Assembly (NCBI GenBank): GCA_963709585.1
Contig: CAVPXI010000008.1
Coordinates: 1-64,000 of the forward strand
DNA: 64,000 nt
Reading direction: 5' to 3'
Origin: Candidatus Dormiibacterota bacterium
GTDB lineage: Bacteria; Chloroflexota; Dormibacteria; Aeolococcales; Aeolococcaceae
Shown: piece after piece, positions 1-9,428 of the stretch
Position numbering within the stretch: position 1 is the stretch's first letter
How the letters are laid out: the number at the start of each line of letters is the position of its first letter
Notes under the pieces: model-generated
The model's input: only the letters and a program-made list of their open reading frames with translations
Told to the model about the DNA's origin: nothing
Database searches by the model: none
Program-made: the position numbers and the translations under genes

Positions 1-281
1 GCTGGTCCTCGCCGGCGCCGCGCTGCTTTGCTACGCGCTCGGCACGGTGTGCCTCTGGCGCTGCCGGCGCCGGGTCGGCAGTGTCCAGTCGGCGGTCGAG
101 ATGGGCCTGGTGCTCACGATGATCGCGTCGGAAGAAGCCGTCGAAGCCGAGCGCGGCGATCGTGATGGGCGCGACGACGGTCGTCGCGAGGTCACGCGTC
201 CACCCGCACGGAGAGCCGACGTGAGCGTGCCCTGGTACCAGCAGAACGGACAGCCGCGCAGCATCCAAGGATGGGAGAGCC

Positions 282-776
282 ATGACGGATAAGAGCTTCT
301 TCGTCGACACTCAGGGCGAGTCGTCCGCCGCGGTAGCCACCGCTCCCGCGTTCGGGTCATGTACGCCGCACCTGCTTCGACTGCCACGCCGATTGGACGC
401 TGGGGCAGACGAGCTGTCCGAAGTGCGGTGGGATCTCGTTCACCGAGGAGTACGTCCGGGGCACGTTGCTCGAGCGCGTCGGCGACAAGATCCGCGGCGT
501 TTCGGTCCCCGAGAAGCCGAAGATCAAGCCGCTGAGTGCCGACGACATCGCCGTGCTCGAGCGAACCGCCGTTGCCGCTCACGCCTTCGTCGCGGCGCTC
601 AAGGCGGCCGATCACGTCCTACGCCAGGCCGTGAACGATGAGATCGGCAGCCGGGAGACCATCGGGTTCTGTCAGGCGATGATGGACGGCGCCTCGTCGA
701 CCCTTGGTGACTACAGCACCCAAAACCTGACCACGTCCGTCGCCCTGCCGAACTCTGGCGGTGGCGAGCTTGATAG
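282..776 (+). CDS. Hypothetical zinc-ribbon protein, frameshifted
   Basis: ATG 282 after GGGAGAG gives MTDKSFFVDTQ; a shift near 340-360 joins it to VRRTCFDCHADWTLGQTSCPKCGG...LERVGDKIRG (CxxC..CxxC). The end is uncertain (TGATAG near 771-776 is in another frame). Confidence 0.4.
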
Positions 777-813
777 ACAGCACACTCGCGCAGCACGCGC
801 AGGAGATATCCGC

Positions 814-1299
814 ATGACAATCCCGATCTTCGACGCCGCACCGGAGGAAGTCCCGCCCGATGAGCACTCGCGGAGAATCCGCGAAGGGGTGAAGGCGGAT
901 CGAAGTCATCGTCGATCGCCGCGTGCTCGACGCGCAGGTGCGCCAGCTCGCTGAGTCGCTCCCGCCGTCGCTGAAACCGAAGGCCGCGCGGCGTGAGCGG
1001 GCGGGGCTGCGAACCCTGACCCCCGAAGAGGAGCGGTACGTCTCACCGCGTGTCCACACCGCTGCCGGCGCCGGAACAGTGCCGCCGACCTGGCGCTGAT
1101 CCAGAAGGCGCATAACGCGCTCTCGGCGCTGGGCGCCGTCTGTCGGGAAGGCAGCGCCGCCGATGAGGAGACGCCCAATCCCGGCAACGTGCTTCCTGCC
1201 GACGAGCAGAGCTCGTTCTCCGGGGCTCGCACCCCTCACGACCATGAGGAGTTCTTCGACGGTGAGCCCGCACGTGCGTTGCCCGGGAGGATCTGGTAG
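814..1299 (+). CDS. Hypothetical phage-like protein, frameshifted
   Basis: AGGAGA RBS then ATG 814 (MTIPIFDAAPEE). Two apparent indels (near 897 and 1045-1060) restore IEVIVDRRVLDAQVRQLAESL and RRRNSAADLALIQKAHNALSALGAVC, ending at TAG 1297-1299. Confidence 0.35.
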
Positions 1300-1368
1300 T
1301 TCGCCCGTTACGGGGGCGGCGGCGGTGCTTTCCTGCAGTTCAGCCGTTCGCCGTCCCCATCCGCGCCG

Positions 1369-1713
1369 TTAGACGTGAGCTACCAGCGGCACCAACTCAT
1401 CCCGTGCCAGATGAGGCGCAGTCTTGAGAATCTCGACGCGCGTCGTGCCCTCGAGGCTGTGTTCCGCCGCCTTTCCCCGCAGCCTGATGTGCTCGGCGTC
1501 TGCATCTGTCTTCTCCTGCCATTCCTCGTAGGTGCGCAGGCTCGAAAATTCCGTCTCGGTGATCAACGTGTTGACCGGCCCACCGAAGACCAGCCAGTGT
1601 GTCGCCTCCGGCCCCGCCAGCGCTTTTTCGCGCGCCGACAGCTCCTCTGCAGCCTCCACCGCCTGGGGAAAGTGCCCCAGACGGACCTGGCGTATCAACC
1701 TGAATCGCACCAT
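1369..1713 (-). CDS. NIPSNAP-like dimeric alpha/beta-barrel protein
   Basis: Strong AGGAGG RBS; pattern GGPVNTLITETEFSSLRTYEEW; 114 aa. Confidence 0.6.
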   Translation of the reverse strand: MVRFRLIRQVRLGHFPQAVEAAEELSAREKALAGPEATHWLVFGGPVNTLITETEFSSLRTYEEWQEKTDADAEHIRLRGKAAEHSLEGTTRVEILKTAPHLARDELVPLVAHV

Positions 1714-1831
1714 GGCTCGCCTCCTGCGTTGATCGGGGGGCGCAGCTTACTCAGGCGGCCGACCGTTCACCACGCACATTCGAAGCTTGAGGGCGTCGGA
1801 TATCACCCCACGGGGTCCGCCCATGAGCGGG

Positions 1832-2356
1832 TCAGTGTGAAAGGAGCTTGCCTTTCGCGGCCGTGAACTCGTCATCGGTCAGGTCGCCATTCCGATGGAG
1901 TTCGCTCAGGCGAAGCAACGCATCCGCTACCCCGCTGTCGACGGGGATGCTGGACGATCCCGGCTCGTCAGGCTGCTCGGGTGGTGGAGTTGGCGGCGGT
2001 GGCAGATTCGCTGTACTTGCGAAGTGCTCGCCGTCGTCGAAGGAGATCCACTTGCCGTCAGGCGTCACCCTGGTCACGTGCAGAGGCGGTGGTTTCCCGG
2101 CCACTCGCGCGACATATGCCTCCCAGTACGCCTCGTCATGCTGCTCGATAGGCTCGGCTACCACTGTTCTCTCGCCGCGCATCCGGATGGGGCGTAACTT
2201 GGCTCCGCAGTTCGGGCAGTAGTACCCCTCGACCTTTCCAAACAGAAAGGCACCGGAGAGCACCGCGCCTGTGTTCCGCACCTTGTGGGTGTTTTTCACC
2301 CCAAGCACGGGGCCGCAGCGCTTGCACCACATGCCGCCCTTTGTCCGCTGTCCCAT
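1832..2356 (-). CDS. Zinc-ribbon plus SHOCT-domain protein
   Basis: WCKRC...YCPNCG at the N-terminus, Pro-rich linker, C-terminal ADALLRLSELHRNGDLTDDEFTAAKGKLL (SHOCT). Confidence 0.7.
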   Translation of the reverse strand: MGQRTKGGMWCKRCGPVLGVKNTHKVRNTGAVLSGAFLFGKVEGYYCPNCGAKLRPIRMRGERTVVAEPIEQHDEAYWEAYVARVAGKPPPLHVTRVTPDGKWISFDDGEHFASTANLPPPPTPPPEQPDEPGSSSIPVDSGVADALLRLSELHRNGDLTDDEFTAAKGKLLSH

Positions 2357-2541
2357 CCGCTGAAGCATATGTCCGCAACGCGAAGGCCAGTTTGAGGGAC
2401 AGCCCACCGCCGCAAGCTCGCCCGCGTCTACCGGGTCACCCTTGAGGAGTTAGGACTCGGGGACTAGGGGGACGGGGCAACGCGAGAATGTCGCGCTCGT
2501 GGCACGCCGTCGGCGCTAGGCACAAGAGAAACCAAAAAAGC

Positions 2542-2730
2542 TCACCCCTGAAGCGCGATGCGCTCAGGACGTCGCATCATGGCGCGGAACGCTTCCTCAT
2601 GGCGCCGCTGCCGAGCGTCCTCGCGCTCCTGGCGGGCCAGTGCGTCGGCGATCACGCCGGCCACGATGGCCGCCGAGCAATCCGCGAGATCCGGGCCACG
2701 TTTTACAGGCACTGGCACACAGATTGGCAC
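2542..2730 (-). CDS. Small hypothetical protein
   Basis: 62-aa ORF with a helical charged C-terminus; start uncertain because it overlaps the TGGCACACA repeats. Confidence 0.25.
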   Translation of the reverse strand: MPICVPVPVKRGPDLADCSAAIVAGVIADALARQEREDARQRRHEEAFRAMMRRPERIALQG

Positions 2731-2733
2731 ACA
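2713..2733. repeat. 9-bp direct repeat TGGCACACA x2, possible integrase arm-type sites
   Basis: TGGCACACA at 2713-2721 and 2725-2733 (12-bp period) next to the tRNA 3' end. Confidence 0.55.
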
Positions 2734-2750
2734 AACGGCCGGAAATCGAC

Positions 2751-2835
2751 TACCGGGCCCGGGAATTGAACCCGGACGAGGGTTTCCCCCCAGCGGTTTT
2801 TAAGACCGCCGCGTCTGCCATTTCGCCAGCCCGGC
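2751..2835 (-). tRNA. tRNA-Leu (anticodon UAA)
   Basis: GCCGGGC/GCCCGGT acceptor stem, GCGGT-CTTAAAA-ACCGC anticodon arm, long variable arm, GGTTCAATTCC T-arm; TAGAAT -10 box 6 nt upstream; CCA not encoded. Confidence 0.95.
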
Positions 2836-2922
2836 ACCGGGATTCTATGGGTCGGGGTGCCATGAGACCGGGCGGCAGCGTCCGGCTCCGCACTCTGGGG
2901 TGGCCGTATACTTCTGGAGCAG

Positions 2923-3471
2923 ATGTTCGGTCGACGTCCAGACGCCACGTACCGCCGCAGCCAGAGCGCCACCGGGCTGCCGGTACAACCGAGCCCGGTG
3001 GCACGCGGGCTTGCGCTGCGCATCATCGATACGACGGAAGACCCGCGCGAGCGCAAACGCCTCGGTCAGCTCCTCATCGACGAGCTCGACGCACTCGCGG
3101 GCCTCCCGCCTTGCGATCTCGTCGTCGCCGACCGAGCGCAGGTTCATTCGCACAACGGGCAGCGTTTGCAGAGCAAGACCTACGGCTACTACCGCTGCAC
3201 CTTCGCTGACGGAGCGGTGAAGAGCGCTCGCATCCGCATCTATCACAAGACCGCGGTGCGCCAGCAGGTCATCACCACCAAGGTGTTCCTGAACACGCTG
3301 CTCCACGAATGGGAGCACCACCACGACTTCGCCGGCCTGCGTCTTCCCCGCTCGCCCCACACCGCCGGGTTCTACGCGCGATTGCGCGCGCTCGCCGATG
3401 CGCTCGAGGTCGCATTCGTCATGCCGCCCGAGCCCGGCGCCGACGGTACCGCCCACACGTCAGCCGCCTGA
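2923..3471 (+). CDS. SprT-like zinc metalloprotease-domain protein
   Basis: TLLHEWEHH (HExxH) followed by HTAGFYAR. Confidence 0.7.
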   Translation: MFGRRPDATYRRSQSATGLPVQPSPVARGLALRIIDTTEDPRERKRLGQLLIDELDALAGLPPCDLVVADRAQVHSHNGQRLQSKTYGYYRCTFADGAVKSARIRIYHKTAVRQQVITTKVFLNTLLHEWEHHHDFAGLRLPRSPHTAGFYARLRALADALEVAFVMPPEPGADGTAHTSAA

Positions 3472-3571
3472 CCAGCGCTGCCTGGTCGGTAAGATCACCT
3501 TTCGCCGATCTGCATCTCCAGGCGGGACAATCGGGTCCCTCGGCCGAAAAGACGGCGGTTCCGAATACGAC

Positions 3572-3645
<74 letters not shown>

Positions 3646-3665
3646 CGCCGCGTATCCTCGACCGC

Positions 3666-4898
3666 GTGTCCGTGACCCAGGCAGTGCAAGCGCGCGCTCA
3701 CGCCGATCTGGCTGAACGAGCCCGTCGAGTCCTCCCCGGCGGCGCCACCCACGCGTCGCGAACTTACGATCCACGCATCTACGTTGCTCGATCGAGCGGC
3801 TCGAGGAAGTGGCTGATCGACGGCACCGAGCTGATCGACTACACGATGGGTCACGGCGCGCTGCTTCTCGGTCACGCTCATCCCGCGGTCGTCGAGGCGG
3901 TGCGCGAACAGGTTTCGCGAGGCACCCACTACGGCGCCGCCCACCCCCTCGAGGTCGAATGGGCCGAGCTCATCGCCTCGCTCGTGCCATCGGCGGAGAA
4001 GGTTCGGTTCACGGCATCGGGGACCGAGGCGGTGATGCTCGCGTTGCGGGTGGCGAGAGCGGCGACGGGTCGCGACCGCATCGTCAAGCTCCAGGAACAC
4101 TTCCACGGCTGGTCAGACGCCGTGAGCCCGTACCTCGACGCGGATGGGCGCACCCGGACCCCGGTCGGCGTGCCCGAAGCGCTGGGCGTACTCACGACCG
4201 TGGTGCGCACCGACGAACCCGCCGACCTCGAGGCGCTCCTCGCTCGTGGAGACATCGCTGCCGTGATCATGGAACCGTCGGGCGCGCACTACGGCCAGCT
4301 CCCGCTTGAGCCGTCCTTCATCGGCGCGGCCCGCGCCGCGTGCACTGCGACCGGCACTGTGCTCGTCTTCGACGAGGTGGTCACCGGGTTCCGCGTGTCC
4401 CCCGGTGGGATGCAGTCGGTGCTGGGGATCACACCCGATATCAGCGTCCTCGGGAAGGTGATGGCGGGCGGCCTCCCGTCCGGCGCCATCGCGGGACGCG
4501 CCGACCTGCTCGAGTTGTTGGCGACCACGATCGCCCACCCGGGCACCTTCAACGCCAACCCGCTCAGTGCCGCGGCCGGGATCGTCACGCTCCGGCTGAT
4601 TGCCGACGGCATTCCGCAGCGCACCGCCAAGTCGTACGCCATCAACCTGGCGAGCGAATGGACGTCGGCGCTGGCGGCCGCCGGCATCCAGGGAACCATC
4701 CGGCGCCTCTCCAGCATCCTCCACATCTTCCTGGGCGACCCGAAGGCGCAGGCGCGGATTGCCAATGCGATGCGCGCCGAAGGTGTCGACATCCTCAACA
4801 CCAGCGCCTTCTGCTCGTCTGTCCACACCATCGCCGACCTCGAGCAGTCGGTCGCGGCGTTCACGCGCGCGATCGTCATCGCGTCGGCCGCGGGATAA
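3666..4898 (+). CDS. Class III PLP aminotransferase (glutamate-1-semialdehyde aminomutase-like)
   Basis: IDYTMGHGALLLGH, VRFTASGTEA, FDEVVTGFR, GKVMAGGLP, GTFNANP. Confidence 0.85.
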   Translation: MSVTQAVQARAHADLAERARRVLPGGATHASRTYDPRIYVARSSGSRKWLIDGTELIDYTMGHGALLLGHAHPAVVEAVREQVSRGTHYGAAHPLEVEWAELIASLVPSAEKVRFTASGTEAVMLALRVARAATGRDRIVKLQEHFHGWSDAVSPYLDADGRTRTPVGVPEALGVLTTVVRTDEPADLEALLARGDIAAVIMEPSGAHYGQLPLEPSFIGAARAACTATGTVLVFDEVVTGFRVSPGGMQSVLGITPDISVLGKVMAGGLPSGAIAGRADLLELLATTIAHPGTFNANPLSAAAGIVTLRLIADGIPQRTAKSYAINLASEWTSALAAAGIQGTIRRLSSILHIFLGDPKAQARIANAMRAEGVDILNTSAFCSSVHTIADLEQSVAAFTRAIVIASAAG

Positions 4899-4920
4899 TT
4901 CCGACCTTGTCGAGAACTCG

Positions 4921-5562
4921 CTAGATAATTCCGTGGCGCTGGGCCCAGAGCGCTGCCTGGACGCGGTCCTCGACGCCGAGGCGATCGAATACCGATCCGA
5001 GATGAGCCTTGACCGTCTTCTCGCTGATCCCGAGGCGCCAGGCGATCTGCTTGTTGCTCATTCCTCGCCCCACCAGGGTGAGCACGTCGAGCTCACGTTG
5101 AGTCAGGTCGTCGAGCGGCCGGCGCTTGATGCGATCGCGGAGCAACTCCTTGGCGGCCTTGGGTGAGAGCGGCGTGTCTCCCTTCGCCGCCGAGCGTATC
5201 CCGTTGAGGAGTTCCTGCGGCTCGGTGTCCTTGAGCAGAAAACCGACCGCGCCGTTGTCGATGGCCTCGACCACCATGTCGTGCTCGGAGTAGGACGTCA
5301 GCATTACGACTTTGGTCCCGGCCACGGCCTTGAGCATCCGGCGCAATGCCTCGAAGCCGTTCATGCCCGGCATCGAGATGTCCATCAAGACGATATCGGG
5401 GTGTTCCTCGACGGCATAGGCAACGGCTTCCTCGCCGTCCGATGCGGCGCCGACCACCTTGATGTCAGTCGTCCCATTCAAGAGCGAAGTGAGCCCTCGT
5501 CTCACCAATGGGTGATCATCGACGATGAGCACTCGAATGGGAGTTGCGTACGTAACGTCCAC
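4921..5562 (-). CDS. NarL/LuxR-family response regulator (no adjacent kinase)
   Basis: VDDHPLVR, DIVLMDISMP receiver; LTQRELDVL...SNKQIA...SEKTVKAH HTH. Confidence 0.93.
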   Translation of the reverse strand: MDVTYATPIRVLIVDDHPLVRRGLTSLLNGTTDIKVVGAASDGEEAVAYAVEEHPDIVLMDISMPGMNGFEALRRMLKAVAGTKVVMLTSYSEHDMVVEAIDNGAVGFLLKDTEPQELLNGIRSAAKGDTPLSPKAAKELLRDRIKRRPLDDLTQRELDVLTLVGRGMSNKQIAWRLGISEKTVKAHLGSVFDRLGVEDRVQAALWAQRHGII

Positions 5563-5586
5563 AGTCGTCACCCAGCCTAACCGATA

Positions 5587-5707
5587 TTTCTCTTCAGTGG
5601 AGAAAGAAGTCGGCGGTGGCACCGACCCAGCAGAACCGCGATACACCCGGTGCCGCGGGGAGGGGGAGCCCGCGAGGGTAAACCACTGAACTGGGTCGGC
5701 GCCCGCC
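5587..5707 (-). ncRNA. Candidate structured cis-regulatory RNA upstream of the response regulator
   Basis: Long closing stem 5612-5630/5691-5707, two internal hairpins, and an alternative 8-bp pairing 5593-5600/5683-5690. Confidence 0.35.
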
Positions 5708-5801
5708 CGCCTATCAGGGGGACTTGCGTTTTGAAAGAGATGAATTCCCGTCGCGACGATAGTCAGCCCACAGACGTCCTGACGAGGCTAGGACGATCGT
5801 C

Positions 5802-7172
5802 TTAAGACGCGCCATGCCGGCCGCGGGATACGGCTTGGCGATTGATCTCGAGCCGATCGGCGACCTCGCGCTCTGCGCCGTGATCGGATGGGTCGTAGTA
5901 CCGATGTCCCACCAGCGAATCGGGCAGGTGCTGCTGCTCCACCACCCCGCCCTCGTGGTCGTGGGCGTACTGGTAGCCGGTGCCGTAGCCCATGGCGCGG
6001 CCGAGCCCGGTGACGGCGTTGCGGAGGTGGAGTGGCACCGGTTGGTGCAGCGTCTCGGCCACGTCCCCCGCCGCTGCGACGTAGGCTCGGAGCACGCTGT
6101 TGCTCTTGGGTGCCGCGGCCAGGTACAGCGCCGCCTCGGTGAGCGGCAGGAAGCCCTCGGGCATCCCGATGAAGTGCGCCGCCTGCTGCGCGGCGACGGC
6201 GACACCGAGCGCATGCGGATCGGCGAGCCCGATGTCCTCCGCGGCGAGGATCACCATGCGCCGCGCGACAAAGAGGGGATCCTCGCCGGCCTCGAGCATT
6301 CGCGCGAGCCAGTAGACGGCCGCATCCGGGTCGCTGCCGCGAACCGATTTGATGAACGCGGAGATCAGCCAGTAGTGCTGATCGCCGGCGCGGTCATAGA
6401 GGAGCGCGGGATTCTGCAAGGCGCCCTCGATATCCGCGACGGTCACCCGAATGTCCCCTGCAGGGTCCCGCACACCGGCCTGGACGGCCAGCTCGAGCGA
6501 GTTGAGGGCGATGCGCGCGTCGCCGCCGCACAGCGTCACCAGCCGGTCGACCGCGTCTGGATCGACGGCAACGTGCTGGGCGCCGAGGCCCCGTTCGGTG
6601 TCGGCGAGCGCGCGCGTGATGAGGCTGCGGAGATCTTCCGCGTCGAGCGCCTCGAGCCGGATCACCCTGCTTCGCGACAGCAGCGCCGCGTTGACCTCGA
6701 AGGACGGATTCTCGGTGGTGGCGCCGAGCAGCGTGACGGTCGCGTTCTCGACATGGGGCAGCACCGCATCCTGCTGGGCCTTGTTGAACCGGTGGATCTC
6801 GTCGATGAAAAGAACGGTCCTTCTCCCCGTCCGCAGCCGCTCGCGCGCCCGTTCGACCACCTTGCGCAGGTCGGCGACCCCGGCACTGGTCGCGCTCACC
6901 GCCTCGAAGGTGGCGTTGGTAGCGCCCGCGATCAGCGCGGCGAGGGTCGTCTTGCCGCTGCCGGGTGGCCCCCAGAGGATCAGGGACGGAACCTCACCGG
7001 CCTCCACGGCCCGGCGGAGCACCGTCCCCGCGCCGATCGCGCGGTGCTGACCGACGAACTCGTCGAACGTCCGTGGACGCATTCGGGTCGCGAGAGGCAC
7101 GTGACGGTCGGTATCGCCCGGCTCGGTTGGGATCGCGGGGTCTGCGCCGAAGAGCGAGCTCTGTGCGGCCAC
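5802..7172 (-). CDS. rarA: Replication-associated recombination protein A (AAA+ ATPase)
   Basis: PLATRMRP, WGPPGSGKTT, FIDEIHRFNKAQQD, ISAFIKSVRGSDPDAA, EDIGLADP. Confidence 0.96.
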   Translation of the reverse strand: MAAQSSLFGADPAIPTEPGDTDRHVPLATRMRPRTFDEFVGQHRAIGAGTVLRRAVEAGEVPSLILWGPPGSGKTTLAALIAGATNATFEAVSATSAGVADLRKVVERARERLRTGRRTVLFIDEIHRFNKAQQDAVLPHVENATVTLLGATTENPSFEVNAALLSRSRVIRLEALDAEDLRSLITRALADTERGLGAQHVAVDPDAVDRLVTLCGGDARIALNSLELAVQAGVRDPAGDIRVTVADIEGALQNPALLYDRAGDQHYWLISAFIKSVRGSDPDAAVYWLARMLEAGEDPLFVARRMVILAAEDIGLADPHALGVAVAAQQAAHFIGMPEGFLPLTEAALYLAAAPKSNSVLRAYVAAAGDVAETLHQPVPLHLRNAVTGLGRAMGYGTGYQYAHDHEGGVVEQQHLPDSLVGHRYYDPSDHGAEREVADRLEINRQAVSRGRHGAS

Positions 7173-7186
7173 CGGTGAGGGTCCGT

Positions 7187-8153
7187 TCAGCTGCTGGACG
7201 GCGGCACGGTGACGACGGTCGGCGGCTCGAGCCCGGGCGCGTCGCCCAGCACGCTGCGGAGCACCTGCGCCGCACCGAGCAATCCGGACGTCTCGGCGGG
7301 GACGACCAGCTTGGCGTTCGGGCTCTCGGCGAACTTCGTCAGGGTGTCGAGCTGCAGGATCGCGACCAGCGTCGGGTCCGGCGCCGCCGCCTTGATCGAT
7401 CCGTACACGGTCGAGATCGCCTGGGCACGGCCTTCGGCTTCGAGGATCGCCGCCTGCCGGTTGCCTTCTGCGCGAAGGATGGCGGCCTGCCGCTCACCCT
7501 CTGCCTGCTTGATTGCCGCCTGCCGGTTGCCGTCGGCGATGTTGACCGCCGACTGCTGCTGCCCTTCCGACTGCAGGATGCGCGCGCGCTTCTCCTGGTC
7601 CGCCTGCTTCTGCAGCGCCATCGCCTGGAGGATCTGCACCGGCGGGGAGATGTCGACGATCTCGATGCGGTTGATCCGGATCCCCCACTTGTCGGTGACC
7701 TGCTCCATCTGCTGCTGCATCGCCGCGTTGATCTGCTCGCGCGACGAGAGGGCCTCGTCGAGGCTGACGTTGCCGAACGCGTTACGAAGCGTGGTACGCG
7801 CCTGCTGGTCGATCGCCACGAGGTAATCGGACACATTGAACAGGGCCGCCCGTGGCTCGATCACCTGGCTGAAAATCGTCGCGTTGACTGCCACGGCGAC
7901 GTTATCGCGGGTGATCACGTCCTGGCGATCACCGGTGCGCGGCGTCTCGCGCATGTCGACCCGGAGCAGCTTGTCGATGAACGGCGTGATGATCGTCAGT
8001 CCGGCTTGGGATTCCCGTCGAAACCGTCCAAAACGTGTGACCACACCGGCGAATCCCTGGGGGACGAACTCGCACGGCGCCGCCGATGAGGATCGCCACC
8101 ACGATGAGTAGGACGACGACGATGATCGCGGTGACCAGACCACTGTTGTCCAC
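7187..8153 (-). CDS. SPFH/band-7 (QmcA/stomatin-like) membrane protein, one-base insertion near 8067
   Basis: N-terminal TM helix (GLVTAIIVVVLLIVVAILIGGAV) in one frame; VPQG..VVTRFG, VITRDNV and EKRARILQSEG coiled coil in the next frame. Confidence 0.88.
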
Positions 8154-8157
8154 TGAG

Positions 8158-8616
8158 TCAGCCTCCCTTCGGGGGCGCGACCACAAGGGTGGTGCCGCGC
8201 ACTTCGACGACGGTAACCTGCTGATGCGCGGGAACGCCGCCGGGATTGGTCGTGACCGCCAGCCAGCGTTCATTGAAGAGCCGGGCATGGCCCGGATGGT
8301 TCTCGTCGCCGACGGGCTCGAGGGTCAGCGCCGGCTGCCCGATCAGGTTGTCCGATGAACCGGGCATGGCCAGCTTGGGGCCGAGATGACGGGCCGAGAT
8401 GCGAGCCAGCGTGGGTCGCACCGCCATGGTGCCGATGATCGCGACGGCGGCACCGACGACAGCCTGCAGCCACACCTGGGTGGGGAACAGCGCAACCACC
8501 GTCGCGGCAAACGCGCCTAGTGCGAGGAAGAGCGCGTAGAACGCCTGGGTGTGGACCTCCATGCCCACGAGGGCCAGGCCGGCGATCAGCCAGACCACCC
8601 ACATCCAGGACAACAT
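8158..8616 (-). CDS. NfeD-family short membrane protein (YbbJ-like)
   Basis: WLIAGLALVGME TM segments plus C-terminal OB-fold (ERWLA..VTVVEVRGTTLVV); upstream of SPFH as is typical. Confidence 0.88.
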   Translation of the reverse strand: MLSWMWVVWLIAGLALVGMEVHTQAFYALFLALGAFAATVVALFPTQVWLQAVVGAAVAIIGTMAVRPTLARISARHLGPKLAMPGSSDNLIGQPALTLEPVGDENHPGHARLFNERWLAVTTNPGGVPAHQQVTVVEVRGTTLVVAPPKGG

Positions 8617-8752
8617 GGAGCGAGTGTACCCGCCCAAGGAAACAGCTACACAAACAAGGGGTTGATCCGCCGCTTCGCCTCACTCGGTAGACTGGGATCG
8701 AGCTCGGCACGCCGCCGGTTCCGTTCCGATCCATTGCAAAGGAGTACCAACC

Positions 8753-9079
8753 ATGCCGTCAACTCCGGCCGAAATCTTCAGCGAGATCAATTCCCGCATC
8801 ACCGCCGATCCTGCCAAGACCGCTGGGATGAATGCCATCTACGCCTTCGACCTCGGCGGTGAGTTGCCCGGCCAGTACCACATCTCGCTCAAGGACGGCA
8901 GCGCTGACGTCGGCGAGGGAGCGCCCGAGAACCCCAACATCACCATCACCATGAAGTCCGAGGACTTCGTCGACCTGGCCACCGGCAAGCTCGACGGAAC
9001 CATGGCGTTCATGAGCGGGAAGATCAAGATCAAGGGCGACATGGGGCTGGCGATGAAGCTCCAGTCGGTGCTCCGCTAA
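8753..9079 (+). CDS. SCP2 sterol/lipid-binding domain protein
   Basis: AGGAG RBS; LDGTMAFMSGKIKIKGDMGLAMKL. Confidence 0.9.
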   Translation: MPSTPAEIFSEINSRITADPAKTAGMNAIYAFDLGGELPGQYHISLKDGSADVGEGAPENPNITITMKSEDFVDLATGKLDGTMAFMSGKIKIKGDMGLAMKLQSVLR

Positions 9080-9087
9080 GCACCACG

Positions 9088-9417
9088 GTGTCGCGCACGG
9101 TGGCCGCCGATCTCCGACCCGTGCGCTTCGACTACGACGAGCAGCATCGATCGTTGCTGATCGAGTGGTCCGACGGCGCCGCCCACCACATTCCCTTCGA
9201 GGTGCTTCGCCGGGCCTGCCCCTGCGCCGCATGCAAAGGCGAGCCCGGATATCGGGGCAGGTTCAGCTCGGACCCGCTGCTTCACCCCGGCGAGGATGAG
9301 CTTGCGGACATCTCGCTGGTCGGCGCCTACGGCCTGAACGCGGTCTGGGCCGACGGGCACAACACCGGGATCTACACGTACCAACGGCTCCGCGAGCTGG
9401 GCGACGCGTCGGCGTAG
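9088..9417 (+). CDS. DUF971 / gamma-butyrobetaine hydroxylase N-terminal-like protein
   Basis: LRRACPCAAC, VGAYG, WADGHNTGIY. Confidence 0.88.
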   Translation: MSRTVAADLRPVRFDYDEQHRSLLIEWSDGAAHHIPFEVLRRACPCAACKGEPGYRGRFSSDPLLHPGEDELADISLVGAYGLNAVWADGHNTGIYTYQRLRELGDASA

Positions 9418-9428
9418 AGTTCGCCGCG

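Larger units (their letters stand above)
1..2750. mobile_element. Terminal part of a probable prophage or integrative element inserted at the 3' end of tRNA-Leu(UAA)
   Basis: Short hypothetical ORFs (zinc ribbons, SHOCT, an HTH-like remnant) run up to the tRNA 3' end; a TGGCACACA direct repeat lies about 20-40 bp from the tRNA end; ordinary chromosomal genes lie on the other side. No integrase is in the window. Confidence 0.55.

Noticed and set aside
2751-2835. bldA-style translational control through TTA codons
   Set aside because: I noticed only isolated TTA codons (for example in the LLM gene) and cannot show a regulatory pattern from this window.
3666-4898. Calling the aminotransferase hemL
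   Set aside because: It lacks the typical GGVNSPVRAF motif and has no hem gene context; a paralog is more likely.
5576-5730. Assigning the structured intergenic region to 6S RNA, 6C RNA or the c-di-AMP (ydaO) riboswitch
   Set aside because: Only short word matches. The ydaO-like words are antisense to the flanking genes and the conserved 3' motif is missing; no 6S central-bubble rod is evident.
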